Below, piece after piece: positions 1 through 11,971 of a stretch of 64,000 nt of DNA. The DNA is from Scyliorhinus canicula (lineage: Eukaryota): positions 742,920-806,919 of the forward strand of contig NW_024055852.1 of NCBI RefSeq assembly GCF_902713615.1. Direction: 5' to 3'. Made by a program: the position numbers and the translations under genes. The notes under the pieces are model-generated. The model was not told where the DNA came from, did no database searches, and saw only the letters and a list, made by a program, of their open reading frames with translations. Numbering within the stretch: the first letter of the stretch is position 1; every line of letters begins with the position of its first letter.

Positions 1-1110
1 GACAGACGTTTCACTCATGTTTCGGCATTCGGACAAGGGTTGAGGGGGTGCATACTAATCAACAGGACAATTTCATTTATGGTGATGAGCACCGTGAGGG
101 ACCCGATGGTAGAGGGGGGGGTTGGGGTGAAAGGTTATGGGGAGCGTGACCATGGAAGGGACTCTGGTTGTCTTGGTAATCATATATGCCCTGAACTGGG
201 ACGATGCAGATTTCGTCAAGAAAGCTATGAGCGAAATCCCGAACCTAGACACCCAGTGACTTATCACACAGGCAGACTTTAACTGTGTACAGGACCCGAC
301 AATGCACAGATCCAACCCCAGGACAGGACCGTGCCAGGCATGGCACCAGCATTGAACCCATTAATGGAGCAGATGGGTGAGAGGTGCGACCCCCAGGGTT
401 ACAATCACCCGAGAGTAAAATAATCAATCTTCTCCCATGAGCACAATGCCTACTCATGTGCAGACTTCTTTGTCGCAGGGGTAAAATGTGGGAATACTCC
501 ACGATTGTAATCTCCGACCACACGCCACAGGACGTGTCCATGAGGCTCGAGAAGGGTCCTGATGCAAAGGTGGGCAGGGCCCAAAGCCCCCTATGGAGGC
601 TGGACGCAGTTCCCTTCGCCGATAAGGAATTCTGTACAACGGTACCCAAGCCATCGACGGTTATGTAACCTTTAACCAGAACGGGGAGGTCTCACCTTCC
701 ACGTTCTGGAAGGCGCTGAAGGCGGTGGTCACAGGCGAAATCATAGCTCATGGGACCCTTCGGGTCAGGAAATACATGGCAGCCAAGCAGCGGCTGATTG
801 ACCCCATGCTGGGTGTTGATCGGCAGCGGATAACCGTGGAACTGCTGGTGGACAGTAAAAAGCTGCAGATGGAATTTGAGCTGCTCTCCAGAAGGAAGTC
901 ACTGCACCAGCTCCGCCACACACATAGAGACAAGGCCAGTCGCATGCTGGAGCACCAGCTCAGAAAACAAGGAGCCGCAAAAGAGAAAGCGCAAGTTAGG
1001 AACAGAAATTGTAGGATGGCAGCACACGTAATCGAGATTAAAGTGGTCTTTGGAAACTTTTACTGAGGGCTATACACCTCCGATCCCTCAGAAAGCGACT
1101 TGGGGATTCT
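1..1110 (+). mobile_element. Degenerate L1-clade LINE ORF2 fragment (endonuclease C-terminus and following region)
   Basis: Frameshifted ORFs 456-668 and 725-1066 (SDH, PLWRLD, DKASRMLEHQL) parallel the L1 ORF2 at 61.8-62.4 kb (SDHAPHW, PLWRLE, EKASRMLAHQL). Confidence 0.8.
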
Positions 1111-1779
1111 CTTTTTTAAAAAATAATTTTTATTGGAATTTTTTGAAAAATATATATCAACAGAACAATAACAATAATAAACACCCCCGGCACCGGTAAC
1201 AACGCAAATAACAACCCCCACCCCCCGAACAAACAACAAAATAAATTAACAAGAAGCAAATTAACTTAAACACTATCCTGCAACTTACTGCGGATGCGTC
1301 AATGGGAAGGAAAAACAGAAAACACAGGACAGTCTCAGCAGATCTGACAGCCGCCGTGGAGAGAGATGGCAAGTGTCGTTTCGAGTCTGGGTGACTCTTT
1401 GTCGAAGCTGGACATCTGGATCTTTGGTTAGGTTTCGATTGGGGGTCGGGGTGGGGGGGGGGGGGGGGAGCGTGAAGCATTGGGCCTCGACAGACGGCCA
1501 GCGATGGGTGGAGAATAACAAAAATGTGTTGGGTCGAAAGTAAAAGGGAATGTAAATGTTTCTAATCAGTGTTAAGAACTGTGCTGACAGAGGCGATTAG
1601 AAGATTAGAATGTGTTAATGGCAGATGACAATGAGGAACAAGGGGCGGATTTCCCAAGAGGGATGCGATTGGCTAGGGGAATGGGGAGGGGGAGACAATG
1701 GGAGAGGAAGGCATATCAATGGAAGCAATGAAAATAAGTTGATGGAAATAAACATGTGGTGAAGTGGGTGGAGTGATTT

Positions 1780-2100
1780 CACGGTGCGAAGTTGTTGAGC
1801 CTACTGTAAAATCCGCAAGGCTGTACCGTGCCTATTCGGAGGTTGGGGTGCTGCTCCTCGGCGTTGTGCTGAGCTACATGGGAATATTGCAGCAGGCCAA
1901 GATCGGACATGTGGACATGAGAGCAGGGCAGTGAGTTCAAGTAGCAAGCGACAGTAGAGTCTGCCGCCAGCTTGTCGATGGAGCGAAGGTGTTTTGCAAA
2001 GCGGTCACCCAGTCAGCATTTAGTCTCTCCAATGCAGAGCAGATGGCATTGGGATCAGCAAATGCAACAGGCCAGATTGAAGGATGTATTGTAGTAATGT
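1780..2100 (-). mobile_element. Penelope-like element, GIY-YIG endonuclease fragment
   Basis: Minus strand resembles a decayed C..C...IGET.RRLGDRFA..L motif (plus-strand gcaaagcggtcacccagtc...tctccaatg). Confidence 0.6.
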
Positions 2101-2659
2101 GTACTGAAAAGGACAGACGCAAATGATACTGTAACTGACTGAGAGGAAATGCCAGAGACTTAACTGAACCAGCTTTGGGAAAGAAAAAACGCTCTTCCTG
2201 ATGGTGAAACAGGAAAAGCCAGTGTGGGAATCCAGGCTCAAAGTTGATTTACAATTACCCCTCCTTTCTTATACATGAACGGTATTTAGGCTGCAGCATG
2301 TTACACACCAAAACACAAAGAGGTCAAATATTTAAAAAAACATAATTGTCAATTCTTAAACTCAACTCAAGCATTGAATAAGGAACAAATATTGTGTAAA
2401 GTCGGTTGCTTTTTTCTGTAGGATTTAAGAATGCTGCATTAATAATAGAAGAGAGCATTCCGCCGTTAGAGATTTGCTGAACACATGCTTCAGTTCAATA
2501 TAGGTTCTTCTTTTGGCTTGTAAGTTTAGACATCTATTTTTATGAAACAGACGTGTTCTTGGAAGAAGTGACATGGCCTCTCAGCCGAACCATGCGAAGC
2601 TGCAACAAGGCAGCTGAGTTGAAGGTGACACAGGTCCGTTGGAGTCTGCGCTGCCAGCT

Positions 2660-2732
2660 GTTTCTGTAGTGTAGTGGTTATCACATTCGCTTTACACGCG
2701 AATGGTCCCCGGTTCGAAACCGGGCAGAAACA
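2660..2732 (+). tRNA. tRNA-Val (TAC)
   Basis: 73 nt GTTTCTGTAGTGTAGTGGTTATCAC...TTCGC-TT-TAC-AC-GCGAA...GGTTCGAAACC...AAACA; A and B boxes and cloverleaf present. Confidence 0.92.
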
Positions 2733-2826
2733 CCTGGTGTTTCCAGTTTAGTCTGTCGCTAAATATTACCTCAATCTCATAACTGGTCTTCATCATCGAG
2801 GAATAGCAACAGCTTGTAACTGCTGT

Positions 2827-2878
2827 GGGCCAGTGACTACGAATCAGGAGATTCCAGGTTCGACTCCTGGCTGGCTCG
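2827..2878 (+). pseudogene. tRNA-Arg (ACG) pseudogene lacking the D-arm
   Basis: GGGCCAGTG joined directly to ACTACGAATCAGGAGATTCCAGGTTCGACTCCTGGCTGGCTCG; about 21 nt of D-arm and 5' anticodon stem missing relative to vertebrate Arg-ACG. Confidence 0.8.
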
Positions 2879-3149
2879 CAGTTCCTAGTTTTGGCGTCCC
2901 CTTTAGTTCAGTGGGTTGGACAGCTGGTTCCCGATGCAGAGCAAAGTGAGCAGGGCATCATCAATTCTCGTTTCAGCTGTGGTTACTTATGAAAGCCCTG
3001 CCCTCTCAATTTAACTTCAAGCAAAACAAACTTATCTTCAGTTCAGCAAAGTTCAATATCTGATCCTTTGATAAGTTGAGACATCAGTTTTAAAGAAACG
3101 GCTGCTTCCAATAAATTACATGGCCTCACACGAAATGCTAAATGTTCGA

Positions 3150-3222
3150 TGTTTCGGCCCGGTTTCGAACCGGGGACTTTTCGCGTGTAAGGCGAATGTG
3201 ATAACCACTACACTACAGAAAC
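3150..3222 (-). tRNA. tRNA-Val (TAC)
   Basis: Reverse complement GTTTCTGTAGTGTAGTGGTTATCACATTCGCCTTACACGCGAAAAGTCCCCGGTTCGAAACCGGGCCGAAACA, 73 nt. Confidence 0.92.
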
Positions 3223-3648
3223 CGCTGGCAATCAATGGACGTGCGGAATGTACAACCTCACTGTATTGCTGCAGATTCTGATGGTCTGTTTGAGAGGCCA
3301 GGTCCCTTGTTGCAAGCGACAGCTGTTTCTTAAATTATCAAATGTCTCAACATATAATGCCGTGAGATGTAGAAATTATATCGAAATTAACATAAATTAT
3401 ATTTTGCTTAATGTCGGTCTTAAATTTGTGCTCTTTGGTGTCGAGGTCTGGTTCTCGTTTAGGGATTTTCAATCAATGCCTATGGGAGTGGTCGTGGGTT
3501 TAAATCCAGGGCAGGCCCTTTACTCCAGGTCAGAGATTACGAATTGTTTGCGACGCTGACGGCGGGGTTGATTTACATTGGCCCACTCTGAAAAAGATTT
3601 CTCAGGACTCGGAATGTTTACGTCGTTTCTCTCCCCACAGATGATGCT

Positions 3649-3649
<1 letters not shown>

Positions 3650-3683
<34 letters not shown>
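3650..3683. repeat. (GA)n microsatellite
   Basis: Uninterrupted GA run. Confidence 0.95.
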
Positions 3684-3686
<3 letters not shown>

Positions 3687-4206
3687 TGTTTGAGCTGGAG
3701 TTCGTTTGGATAAAATTGATGCTCCAGATCTGTGTTAACCACAGGGACGTGACCCATCTAATCCACAGAGCCAAAGTGGAGAATTGAACTGACTGGGGAG
3801 CTGGATCTTAACGCTGACCTCCCGGACCTCGGCGTCGTGAAATGTTCCAAAGAAGCTCAACAGACACTCGAGGAACAGCAGCGCATCTTTCCACTGGGCT
3901 CAATACAGCTTTCACACTCAGTGTGTGTTCAGCAGTTTCACACTGTAAATGCTGCAACCATTTTGTGTGTCCTTCCATCGCAGATTTGGGTTTCAATCTT
4001 GTTTCCACTTGTTCTCTGTGTCCGGGCGGTAGTTGTTGATCAATCTGCCATCGATAGCTCCTCCAGACATATCTTTTGTTTCTTTGTTTCTTCCATTGCG
4101 CTAACAGAGAGCTGGCACAGACACGGCGGACTAAATGGCCTCATACTGTGGTGTCATTATTCTCTGATTTGATGCTAACCTAACTCTGATTTGGGTGCTT
4201 GCGAGG

Positions 4207-4298
4207 GGTTCCTTGGTCTAGGGGTATGATTCTCGCTTCGGGTGTTTCGGTGATGAAGTTTGCGAGAGGTCCCGGGTTCAAATCCCAGACATTAGCCC
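4207..4298 (+). pseudogene. tRNA-Pro (CGG)-like gene with an 18-nt insertion at the canonical intron position and a degenerate acceptor stem
   Basis: TTGGTCTAGGGGTATGATTCTCGC-TT-CGG-G [4243-4260] T-GCGAGAGGTCCCGGGTTCAAATCCC; followed by TTTT; acceptor strands pair poorly. Confidence 0.75.
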
Positions 4299-4798
4299 TT
4301 TTCTGTTTGTCACGCAGCATGTTTATTTCATTTCCTTGCCGCTCAGACGGCGGGATTCATTCACATTGGGGTTGCTTTGAGAAGCTGAGCTCACACTGCA
4401 GGGAATCAACGCGTTCCCGGGAAAATCGAAACATTTTCGATCAACTTGTCGATGAGTGGACATTCACTTATCTCTATTCACTAACTCTGGTGGATCAGGC
4501 AGCTCTCGGTCTGTTTAATTTTATTCTGCACACTTCAAACGTATTTTTTTCTATCAACTTATTTTCATTCCTTCCATTGGTATGTTTTACCCTTACAATT
4601 GCCCCCTCCACCCCCCCCCCCCCCAGCCTATACCATCCTACTTGATCAATCTGATCCTTGTTGCCAATTGTTCTCTGATACACTGCTTACCTTTGATCCC
4701 ATTCTGACGTCTGAATGCGCCACTATCAGCACCTTTCTCGGCCTTGATTAGCCTAATTAACATTCCCTTTTTCATTCTGTCCGAGACATTTTCGTCAA

Positions 4799-4838
4799 TT
4801 TCGCGTGTGAGGTGAATGTGATAATCACTACACTACAG
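4799..4838 (-). pseudogene. Truncated tRNA-Val (CAC) 5' half
   Basis: Reverse complement CTGTAGTGTAGTGATTATCACATTCACCTCACACGCGAAA; T-arm absent; flank 4840-5170 homologous to 3225-3460. Confidence 0.75.
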
Positions 4839-5330
4839 CAGTCAGCGGACGTGGGAAATGTGCAAACTGACTGTGTTGCTGCAGATTCTAATGGTCTGGT
4901 TGAGAGGCCAGGTCACTTATTACAAGACAACAGCTGTTCCTTTAAATAAACAGTAAGAAGTCTGTCAACACCAGGTTAAAGTCCAACATGTTTGTTTCAG
5001 CACTAGCTTTCGGAGCGCAGCTCCTTCCTCAGGTGAATCTCAGGTGAATTTGAAAAACAGATGTCTCAACATAAAAAAAGAGATGTAGAACTTATGTCCA
5101 AGTTAACATAAGTTATATTTTGCTTATGCTCGATCTTAAAATTGGGCTTCTTGGTCCGGAGGTATGGTTCACGCTTGGTGCCCAACTGTCATCAGTTTCG
5201 ACAGTTTAGTCTTTAGGAAACGCTCTTTCTTTTCCCAGTAACTGAAGCATTCATTCATCTGAATTTCCGCTTTAATACCAGAACATATTCAAAATCTGAT
5301 TGATTTCTGTCGGACTCTAATCCTGGCACC

Positions 5331-5781
5331 ATGTATTCTCCATGTTGGTGACTGGTGAATGGTGAGTCGATGTTCTAATGTTCACCGTGTGTAATCTTCA
5401 CTCTCAGATATTGAATACAATTTGTGTTTAATTCCAGGAAGAAATGGTGAAGACTCAGTGGCCCAGGATCGATCTGAGTTAACGGGTTCTGGAAGGACAG
5501 AGCATTAACCTGGACTGTAGATATTCCACAGCGGTTTTTGATACTCTGTTCTGGTACATTCAGTATCCAGGAAGACCTCCGAGGAATGTAATGAGAATCT
5601 ATTGTTAGGGCAGTTCAGATAAATCTCCAGATGTCCCAGCCAGGTTTTCTGCTGCTTTACTCAAAGAAAACCAAACGGTACCTTTAAATATCGCCGTGGC
5701 TGATCTCTCCGACAGTGCCGGGTATTTCTGCGCCATGGAGCCCACACTGCTGCAGAGGTATAGCGGGTCCTGTCCCAAACA
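5331..5781 (+). pseudogene. TCR alpha/delta-type V pseudogene (family C) with RSS
   Basis: Broken leader 5331-5361 (in-frame TGA, GTGAGT donor); V exon 5438-5742 with LDCRY, LFWYIQYPG and DSAGYFCA motifs, a 1-nt insertion near 5484 and an internal TAG; heptamer CACACTG 5743-5749 plus degenerate nonamer. Confidence 0.88.
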
Positions 5782-6556
5782 CTCACACTGGGTGTTCCAG
5801 TCATTTCTCGGCAGAGGGCGCTCTCACTTTGATAGACAGACACAACTACTCAGTCTGTGAGGGTCACTGTGTCATTACCAAACCATCAAAAACAAACACA
5901 ACACTCACTGAGAACAAGCGATCAGAAACTGAATAATTATATACGTTAGTTTATAACTTGCATTTCTACTAAAATGAATTTCACAACTTAATTTCCGGTT
6001 CGTTAACTCACATTTAGTCTTTTTATGATCTTTACATTGCTGTCTGAATTATTGTGTGAACGTTTCTCCCTCTCCGTTCCGCTCTTCTAGATCCCTTTGA
6101 TCAAAGCCGGGACACAAGGTCTATATGACGGGATTATTTTCATAGATTTCACAGATGTTACAGTGCAGAAGGAGGCCATTCGGCCGGTCGAGTCTGCACT
6201 GGCTCTTGGAAAGGGCACCCTGCAGAAGGTCCACACCTCCAACCTGTCGCCACAACCCAGTAACCCCACCCAACACTAAGTAACACCACCCAACACTAAG
6301 TTGGACACTAGGGGCAATTTAGCATGGCCAATCTACTTGCACATCTTTGGACTGTGGGAGGAAACCGGAGCACCAGGAGTAAACCCAGGCAAACACGGGG
6401 AGAATGTGCAGACTCCGCACAGACAGTGGCCCAAGTCGGGAATTGAACCTGGGAGCCTGAAGCTGTGAAGCAATTGTGCTAACCATAATGATACCCTGCT
6501 GCTCCGTGTACGATCTTCACTCCCAGATATTGAATACGTTTTATGTTTTGATCCAG

Positions 6557-6705
6557 GAATAAATGGTGAAGATTCAGTGCCCCAGGATCGATCTGCGATA
6601 ACGGTTCTGGAAGGACAGAGCATTAACCTGGACTGTAGATACTCGACAGCTGTTTTTGATACTCTGTTCTGGTACAATCAGTATCCCGGAAGACCTCCGA
6701 GGAAT
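6557..6705 (+). pseudogene. Truncated duplicate of the 5438 V exon (5' half only)
   Basis: Near-identical to 5438-5590 (EDSVPQDRSAITVLEGQSINLDCRYST..LFWYNQYPGRPPR), then unrelated sequence. Confidence 0.82.
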
Positions 6706-7904
6706 TTTATTGGTTGACAGGCAGTTTGTAGGAAATGAGCAAATTTCACAAAGCAGTGATTGCACAGTTTATAACAAACCCCAAGAACAGAGACCCCCCC
6801 CCTAGTGGTTATTCTCCTTTCCAGTGTCTATTTAATGTTTTCTGACACAACTGTGTTTCCGTCCTACAATAACCAGACCAGCAAACCCATTCCGACTCCC
6901 GTCTGGATCTATGCAGCGATTCTTCTTCGAAGGCACTGACTGTATCCCAGCTCGGATTGTTCACATTCACTGACAGACAGTTCGCCACCTACAGGTGTTA
7001 AACCACCTTTGGAGACGCAAGAAAGTGAAGTAAGAAAAACCTGCGAAAGACAGTCGATTCTTAATGGTGCGGAATAGAAGTTGTTGCTTCGAATTTCAAC
7101 TTTTACAGATCGACAGCGGTCAGCCAGTGTCTGGATTGTTTGGGGCTGGTGCAGGCGGGCATTTCGGAAGGTAATTGTGGAACAAACACATTTCATCGCA
7201 TTTGAAATCATGGTTTCAATCGGAATTGTAAACACATGATTATTTCCTGTTGAACATGTATTTCTGATCTGAGTGACGGAAATTCTGTTTCTCGGCTACT
7301 GTCCTCAGATGTTAAGACAGAAGTTGCTGTTTTTAGTTTAACCTTTGATGCTGCCTTCTTGAACCGCTGCTGTCAGGGAGGGAGTTCCAGGATTTCACCT
7401 CTGCTGCGTTACTCATGTCAGCAGACGAGCAGTGAGGCTAAAATAACAAAACAGCACCTCTCAGGCAGCTAAACTCTCTCTATCTCTGGGTGGAGAAAGT
7501 GGCCCTGAAGAGTTGATCAGAAGCAGGACTCACAGACTGAGTATACCATGGACAAGAGTCCCACTCCCTTACATTGCACTGTGCCTTAGAGCTCCAGTCT
7601 GTTGACGTTTCGACAGAAACTTGAGCAGATTCAGCCACATCGACCAGTGGCGATGTCAGCCGCTCAAACCCACACCGGGAGGAAGCCACCTTAACTTCGA
7701 ATCAAGCTGTCAACCACTTGTTTCCAACAACGGCAGTAAAAATACACTTCAGAATCCGATCCCACCGTCAGATCCGTCATCAAACCAGTCTCCAGGTTAA
7801 CCCGTCCTTTCTGTATCTGATCAGCTGTTAATTCTCTGAAACTCAGGGCTGGATGTTCAGATCAGCTCCGGCAAAGATGTTTCTGACCCTTCAACCAGTC
7901 CCAC

Positions 7905-7979
7905 TGACGTCACTCAGTTTACAGATCTACGTCACTAAATATGCAGGGAAACGTCACACGTGTCCTCAGTCTGACGTCA
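7905..7979. promoter_or_regulatory. Cluster of CRE/ATF sites upstream of a V gene
   Basis: Perfect TGACGTCA at 7905-7912 and 7972-7979 with two ACGTCA half-sites between; about 230-300 bp upstream of ATG 8207. Confidence 0.7.
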
Positions 7980-8206
7980 CAGTGACGGTGGTCTGCCGCG
8001 TGCGCATTCTCCTACCCACACTCCACCAATGCTGAAGCTCCTTCACAGCTTCACTTTGTGATCACACGTCTCAGAGACCTGGTTCGGGCGGGCACGGTGC
8101 AGTTGGTGTTGGACTCAGCTTGATATACAACAGCGCTGCCTCCGCAGCATTGTCTCTCGTCCTGAAAACTACCGAGAGTGCTTAACACAGATCGATAGGA
8201 TCCAAC

Positions 8207-8723
8207 ATGAAGCTGAGCTTCACTTTAGTGATTATCTCCCTGAATTTCTTACTCTTCTCTCCGTGTGAGTGTGATCACCGTATCTGGCAGGAATATGTCA
8301 CACATCAGTTATGTCATGTTGTAGTAACATATAGTTTGCTTTATTGTGTGTTTTGTTATGCCATTTTGTATTTGATTTTGCTATAGTATATTCTCGTGGT
8401 CTGTGCGATAATAAATTTATCATGTTATTTTACATCTACATGTTTCTCAGATGCTGCTGGCAGTGACGAGGTATCACAGTCTCCTCAGTCAGTGGTTGTT
8501 ACCGAGGGAGACATTGCATCCTTGGCCTGTTCCACCACAGTAGCAGGAAACATCCTACAATGGTACAGACAATACCCGGACCAAACCGTGCAGCATCTGG
8601 CGAGCGGTACCAGCGATCAGGGGAGGATCACAGCTCGGTTCAGTTTTTCAGACAAACACAGCTCTCTGAATGTTAGTGACGTTCGACTGACAGACACCGC
8701 CACCTATCTCTGTGCAGTGGAGG
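8207..8723 (+). CDS. TCR alpha/delta-type V gene segment, open (leader 8207-8264, V exon 8451-8723)
   Basis: Leader MKLSFTLVIISLNFLLFSP, phase-1 GT-AG intron, V domain with Cys (LAC), WYRQ and DTATYLCAVE; short CDR2 region. Confidence 0.92.
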
Positions 8724-8762
8724 CACAGTGAACTGAAAACCATTCAGCGCCGTACAAAAATC
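8724..8762 (+). promoter_or_regulatory. 23-RSS
   Basis: CACAGTG + 23 nt + ACAAAAATC. Confidence 0.93.
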
Positions 8763-9082
8763 TGCCGTGGTTATTCAGAAAGTGTGTCGCCTGTGCAGTC
8801 ATCAGAGAGCAGGCATTTTAGTAACACTCTTCCGTGGATACGTCCCAATGAGTGAGGCCTGTTCGTGATTTGAATTTCCTGTTTAGTATCAGAAAAGAAG
8901 GGCCAGAATCCATTTAAATTCAGTTTATGTTCTGTAGAAGTCACAACCAGAGAGCATGGGTTCGATGGTGCTTTAAGATAATAATCATTGTGCCGTTCGG
9001 TGAGTTAATATTCAAAGGTCGTTGTCTATTTCTTGTGTTAAATCAAATTCCTGACTTAGACACATTTTACGTTTTGTTACAG

Positions 9083-9240
9083 GAATGTGTGATGCACAAT
9101 GGGTCTCCCAGGATCCGGCCGAATTGAAAGCTCTGGAAAGACAGTCAGTAATGTTCAGCTGTAATCGCTCCACGTGCGAGAGCTTTCTCTGCCGATGTAG
9201 GCAGGTCAGTATTCTGTATAAGCTGCGAGATATTTACTGA
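9083..9240 (+). pseudogene. V relic, family C, 5' half
   Basis: After ttacag acceptor: WVSQDPAELKALERQSVMFSCN, then decays to TGA. Confidence 0.65.
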
Positions 9241-9427
9241 GGAGGCTTCGGCGGCGATATTGAGCTACGTCGCAACATTTCTCAGGTCGATTGATTTGAA
9301 CAAGGACAAATAAAATAATGCAACTGTTTGATAAACAAACCTGCTAATGTTTGTTGTCCGTGGGCCTGGCATGAAATTATCCCGGTTGATCAAGGCGCTA
9401 AAGAAGACTACACAAAGACTCGCAGAG

Positions 9428-9893
9428 GATTTTTGTGCGAGTTCTTGGTTATTATGTGAAGCTGCGCCTCAATACACAGTGTGGAGAGACCTCCACACTC
9501 AGCGTGTTTATATTATGAGCAACAGCCAGATATTGCCCTCAGATTCCATCTTTTTACAGTCCTATTACTTCATTAATAATCCAGTTTGGAGACTGTGCCG
9601 GTTTCTCTCCATACTAGTGGATGCCCGTTATTACCCGGGTTGTATATCCTCAATATAACGTCACCAAGGCACCTTCAAACACAGCTACTGTCACCGGAGG
9701 CTGCGTCACTGGATCCGCAAATAGTCCGCCTGTAAATGTAGAGGATCAAAAGAGCAGAAGGATAAACAGGATGGAGGTAAACCTCCATTAACTGTATGAA
9801 TTTGTGTAAATTCCCATCAATCTGTTAAACTGTTTTGATGAGGAAAATCCATTACTTAATGTGCAAGAGCCCCGCCAGTAATATTAAAAACAT
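9428..9893 (-). pseudogene. V pseudogene, family A, with degenerate RSS
   Basis: Leader MFLILLAGLLH (9860-9893; donor GT mutated to TT); exon 9729-9467 DPVTQPPVTVAVFEG with Cys->TGA and Trp->TAG; heptamer CGCAGCT + 23 nt + ACAAAAATC; paralogous to 14455 and 18384. Confidence 0.85.
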
Positions 9894-10342
9894 GTCTGAC
9901 TGAATCTCTCAGTGAATATGACTGGAATGATCCAGAGATTGAGAAGCAGAGAGGGAGCCCGGGCTCTGTTCAGCTCATTGTTCCACCCACACACTGCAGG
10001 GAGTCAGGCCCATTGTGACATCACTGAGGAGACTGGTTTTTGTCTCATGTGACTTTCTAATTATCATGGTTGGGCTTTGCGCCTCTGATGGTGGATTCTG
10101 TTCAACCCGGTTCAGAATGGGGGTTACTGAATGGACTTAAGGTTTATTGATTTCTATGTCAAAACGGAATCTAAATCTGGAATCTACTCATTATTTTCTT
10201 CTCTAGCGCTATCTGTCTTAAGGAAGGTCCAATCCATTGCACTGTCACTGGGAGGCAGGTCGCAACCACCCCAGAGCTGGAACAGGAACCACACCGTTCT
10301 GGCATTTCAATTCCCTGAGCTGTGCCCAACCGTCGTTCGCAG

Positions 10343-11220
10343 ACAACATGAAATTCGGCGGTGTGCTAAATAGCGAGGAGGAATGGATTAGATTGCAGGA
10401 TGATATACGGCGGTCCAGATAGGCAGAACAGTGGCAAATGGAATTTAACCCTGCAAAGGGTTGAATGATGCATTTTGGGAGGATGAACAATGGAAGAAAA
10501 TGCACAATAAACGCCAGGAAGTCAAGAAGTATAGAAGCAAGAGTGTTCAGGACCATGGTGTTCAGGCCCATAGATCCCCGCAGGCAACAGGACAAGTAGA
10601 TAAGGTGGTGAAGAAGACATGCGGGATACTTGCCTTTATTAGCCGAGGGATGGAATATAAGAGCAGGGAGGTTATCATGGGGATGTGTAAAACGCTAGTT
10701 AGCCCGCACCTGGAATATTCTGTGCACATCTGGTCGACACACTATGGGAAAGGTGTGATGCACCAGAGAGGGTGCAGAGGAGATTAATCAGGAAGGTTTC
10801 TGGGAAGGAGTTTCTCAGCTATGAAGAGAGGCTCGATAGGCTGGGATTATTGTCATTAATTGTCAAACGTTGTCAGGGAAGGCTGACCTGATCGAGGTTT
10901 TCAAAATTATGCGGAAAATAGATAGGAAGAAACCGTTCCCATTAGTGGAGGGGTCAACAACCAGAGGGAATACATTTAAGGTAAGGGGAGGAGATTTAGA
11001 GGGCATTTGAGCGTTGTGAGAACCTGGAGCACACTGTCTGTGAGGGTGGTCGAGGCGGGAACACTCACAACACTTAAGAAGCGTTTGGAAGAGCACTTGA
11101 AACGCCATTGCATACAAGGCTACGGGTCAAGTGCTGGAAAATTGGTTTAGACGAGACAGGTACTTGATGGTCGGGGCAAACGCGATGGGCCAAAGGTCCT
11201 CTTCTTCGCTGTAAAACTCA
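10343..11220 (+). mobile_element. CR1/HER1-type LINE, 3' RT fragment
   Basis: FAD..KFGG, WQMEFNP and RPHLEY motifs in broken frames; CR1-like 3' end. Confidence 0.8.
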
Positions 11221-11971
11221 GCGACTAAGGAGCCTGAGGCAGAGAAGCTGCCGATGGCGCCATAAGGCCGCTTCTCCTTCGGTCAAGGAAGGTAAAGGGG
11301 AGATTGAACTTAGTTGCTGAAATGTAAAGATCGCACTGAGCTGTTTCCACGAGCAGATCCTTGGATAACAGAAGGATTGAGGAGAAATAAAGCTCAGAAA
11401 AATTCTGTTCATTATCTACACTGCGATTTGTTAAACTATAAAAGGCGGAGTCTAAATAAAGGCGGCAGAAGATTCAACAATAACTTTATGAAGGAAATTT
11501 CACACAAATGTAAAGGCAATTACCGGGATATATAGAAAATGCAGTTTTTGAAAGAAGAATACGAAAACTCTTTCAAAGTGTCTCGGGAATTGAGATTGTG
11601 TGGGCTCGAAGATTCTAGATTCTAGTCCGTTCATGTCCCTCCCGATCTATTTCTTCTCAGTGCCTTGCACAGTGAGCAGGTGCATGATGGTCACGGTGTA
11701 GGGAAGATTGAACCGTCGCTATTTCGCTCCATCAGTTCCGAGTGCAGCTGAGAGTCACCGCACACTTCACTCAATATTCAGACTGCGGTATCCCCGCCCA
11801 CAGCTTCCGTTTGCTGCTCTCGCTCTAGCACCATAGTGTTATTGGAGAGATTGCTGCTGCTGGTTCATTCCTCTCATTTGCCGGATCCTCAGTGCAGTGT
11901 AACGGGGATCTGTATTTCTGTCTCTGACAGAGGATTTCTCTCATTGTAGAATTACAAACTCAAGAAGGATC

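Noticed and set aside
7555-7690. Possible V 3' relic on the minus strand ending GCTCTAAGG-CACAGTG
   Set aside because: There is no nonamer at 12 or 23 nt and no convincing YYC motif; too decayed to call.
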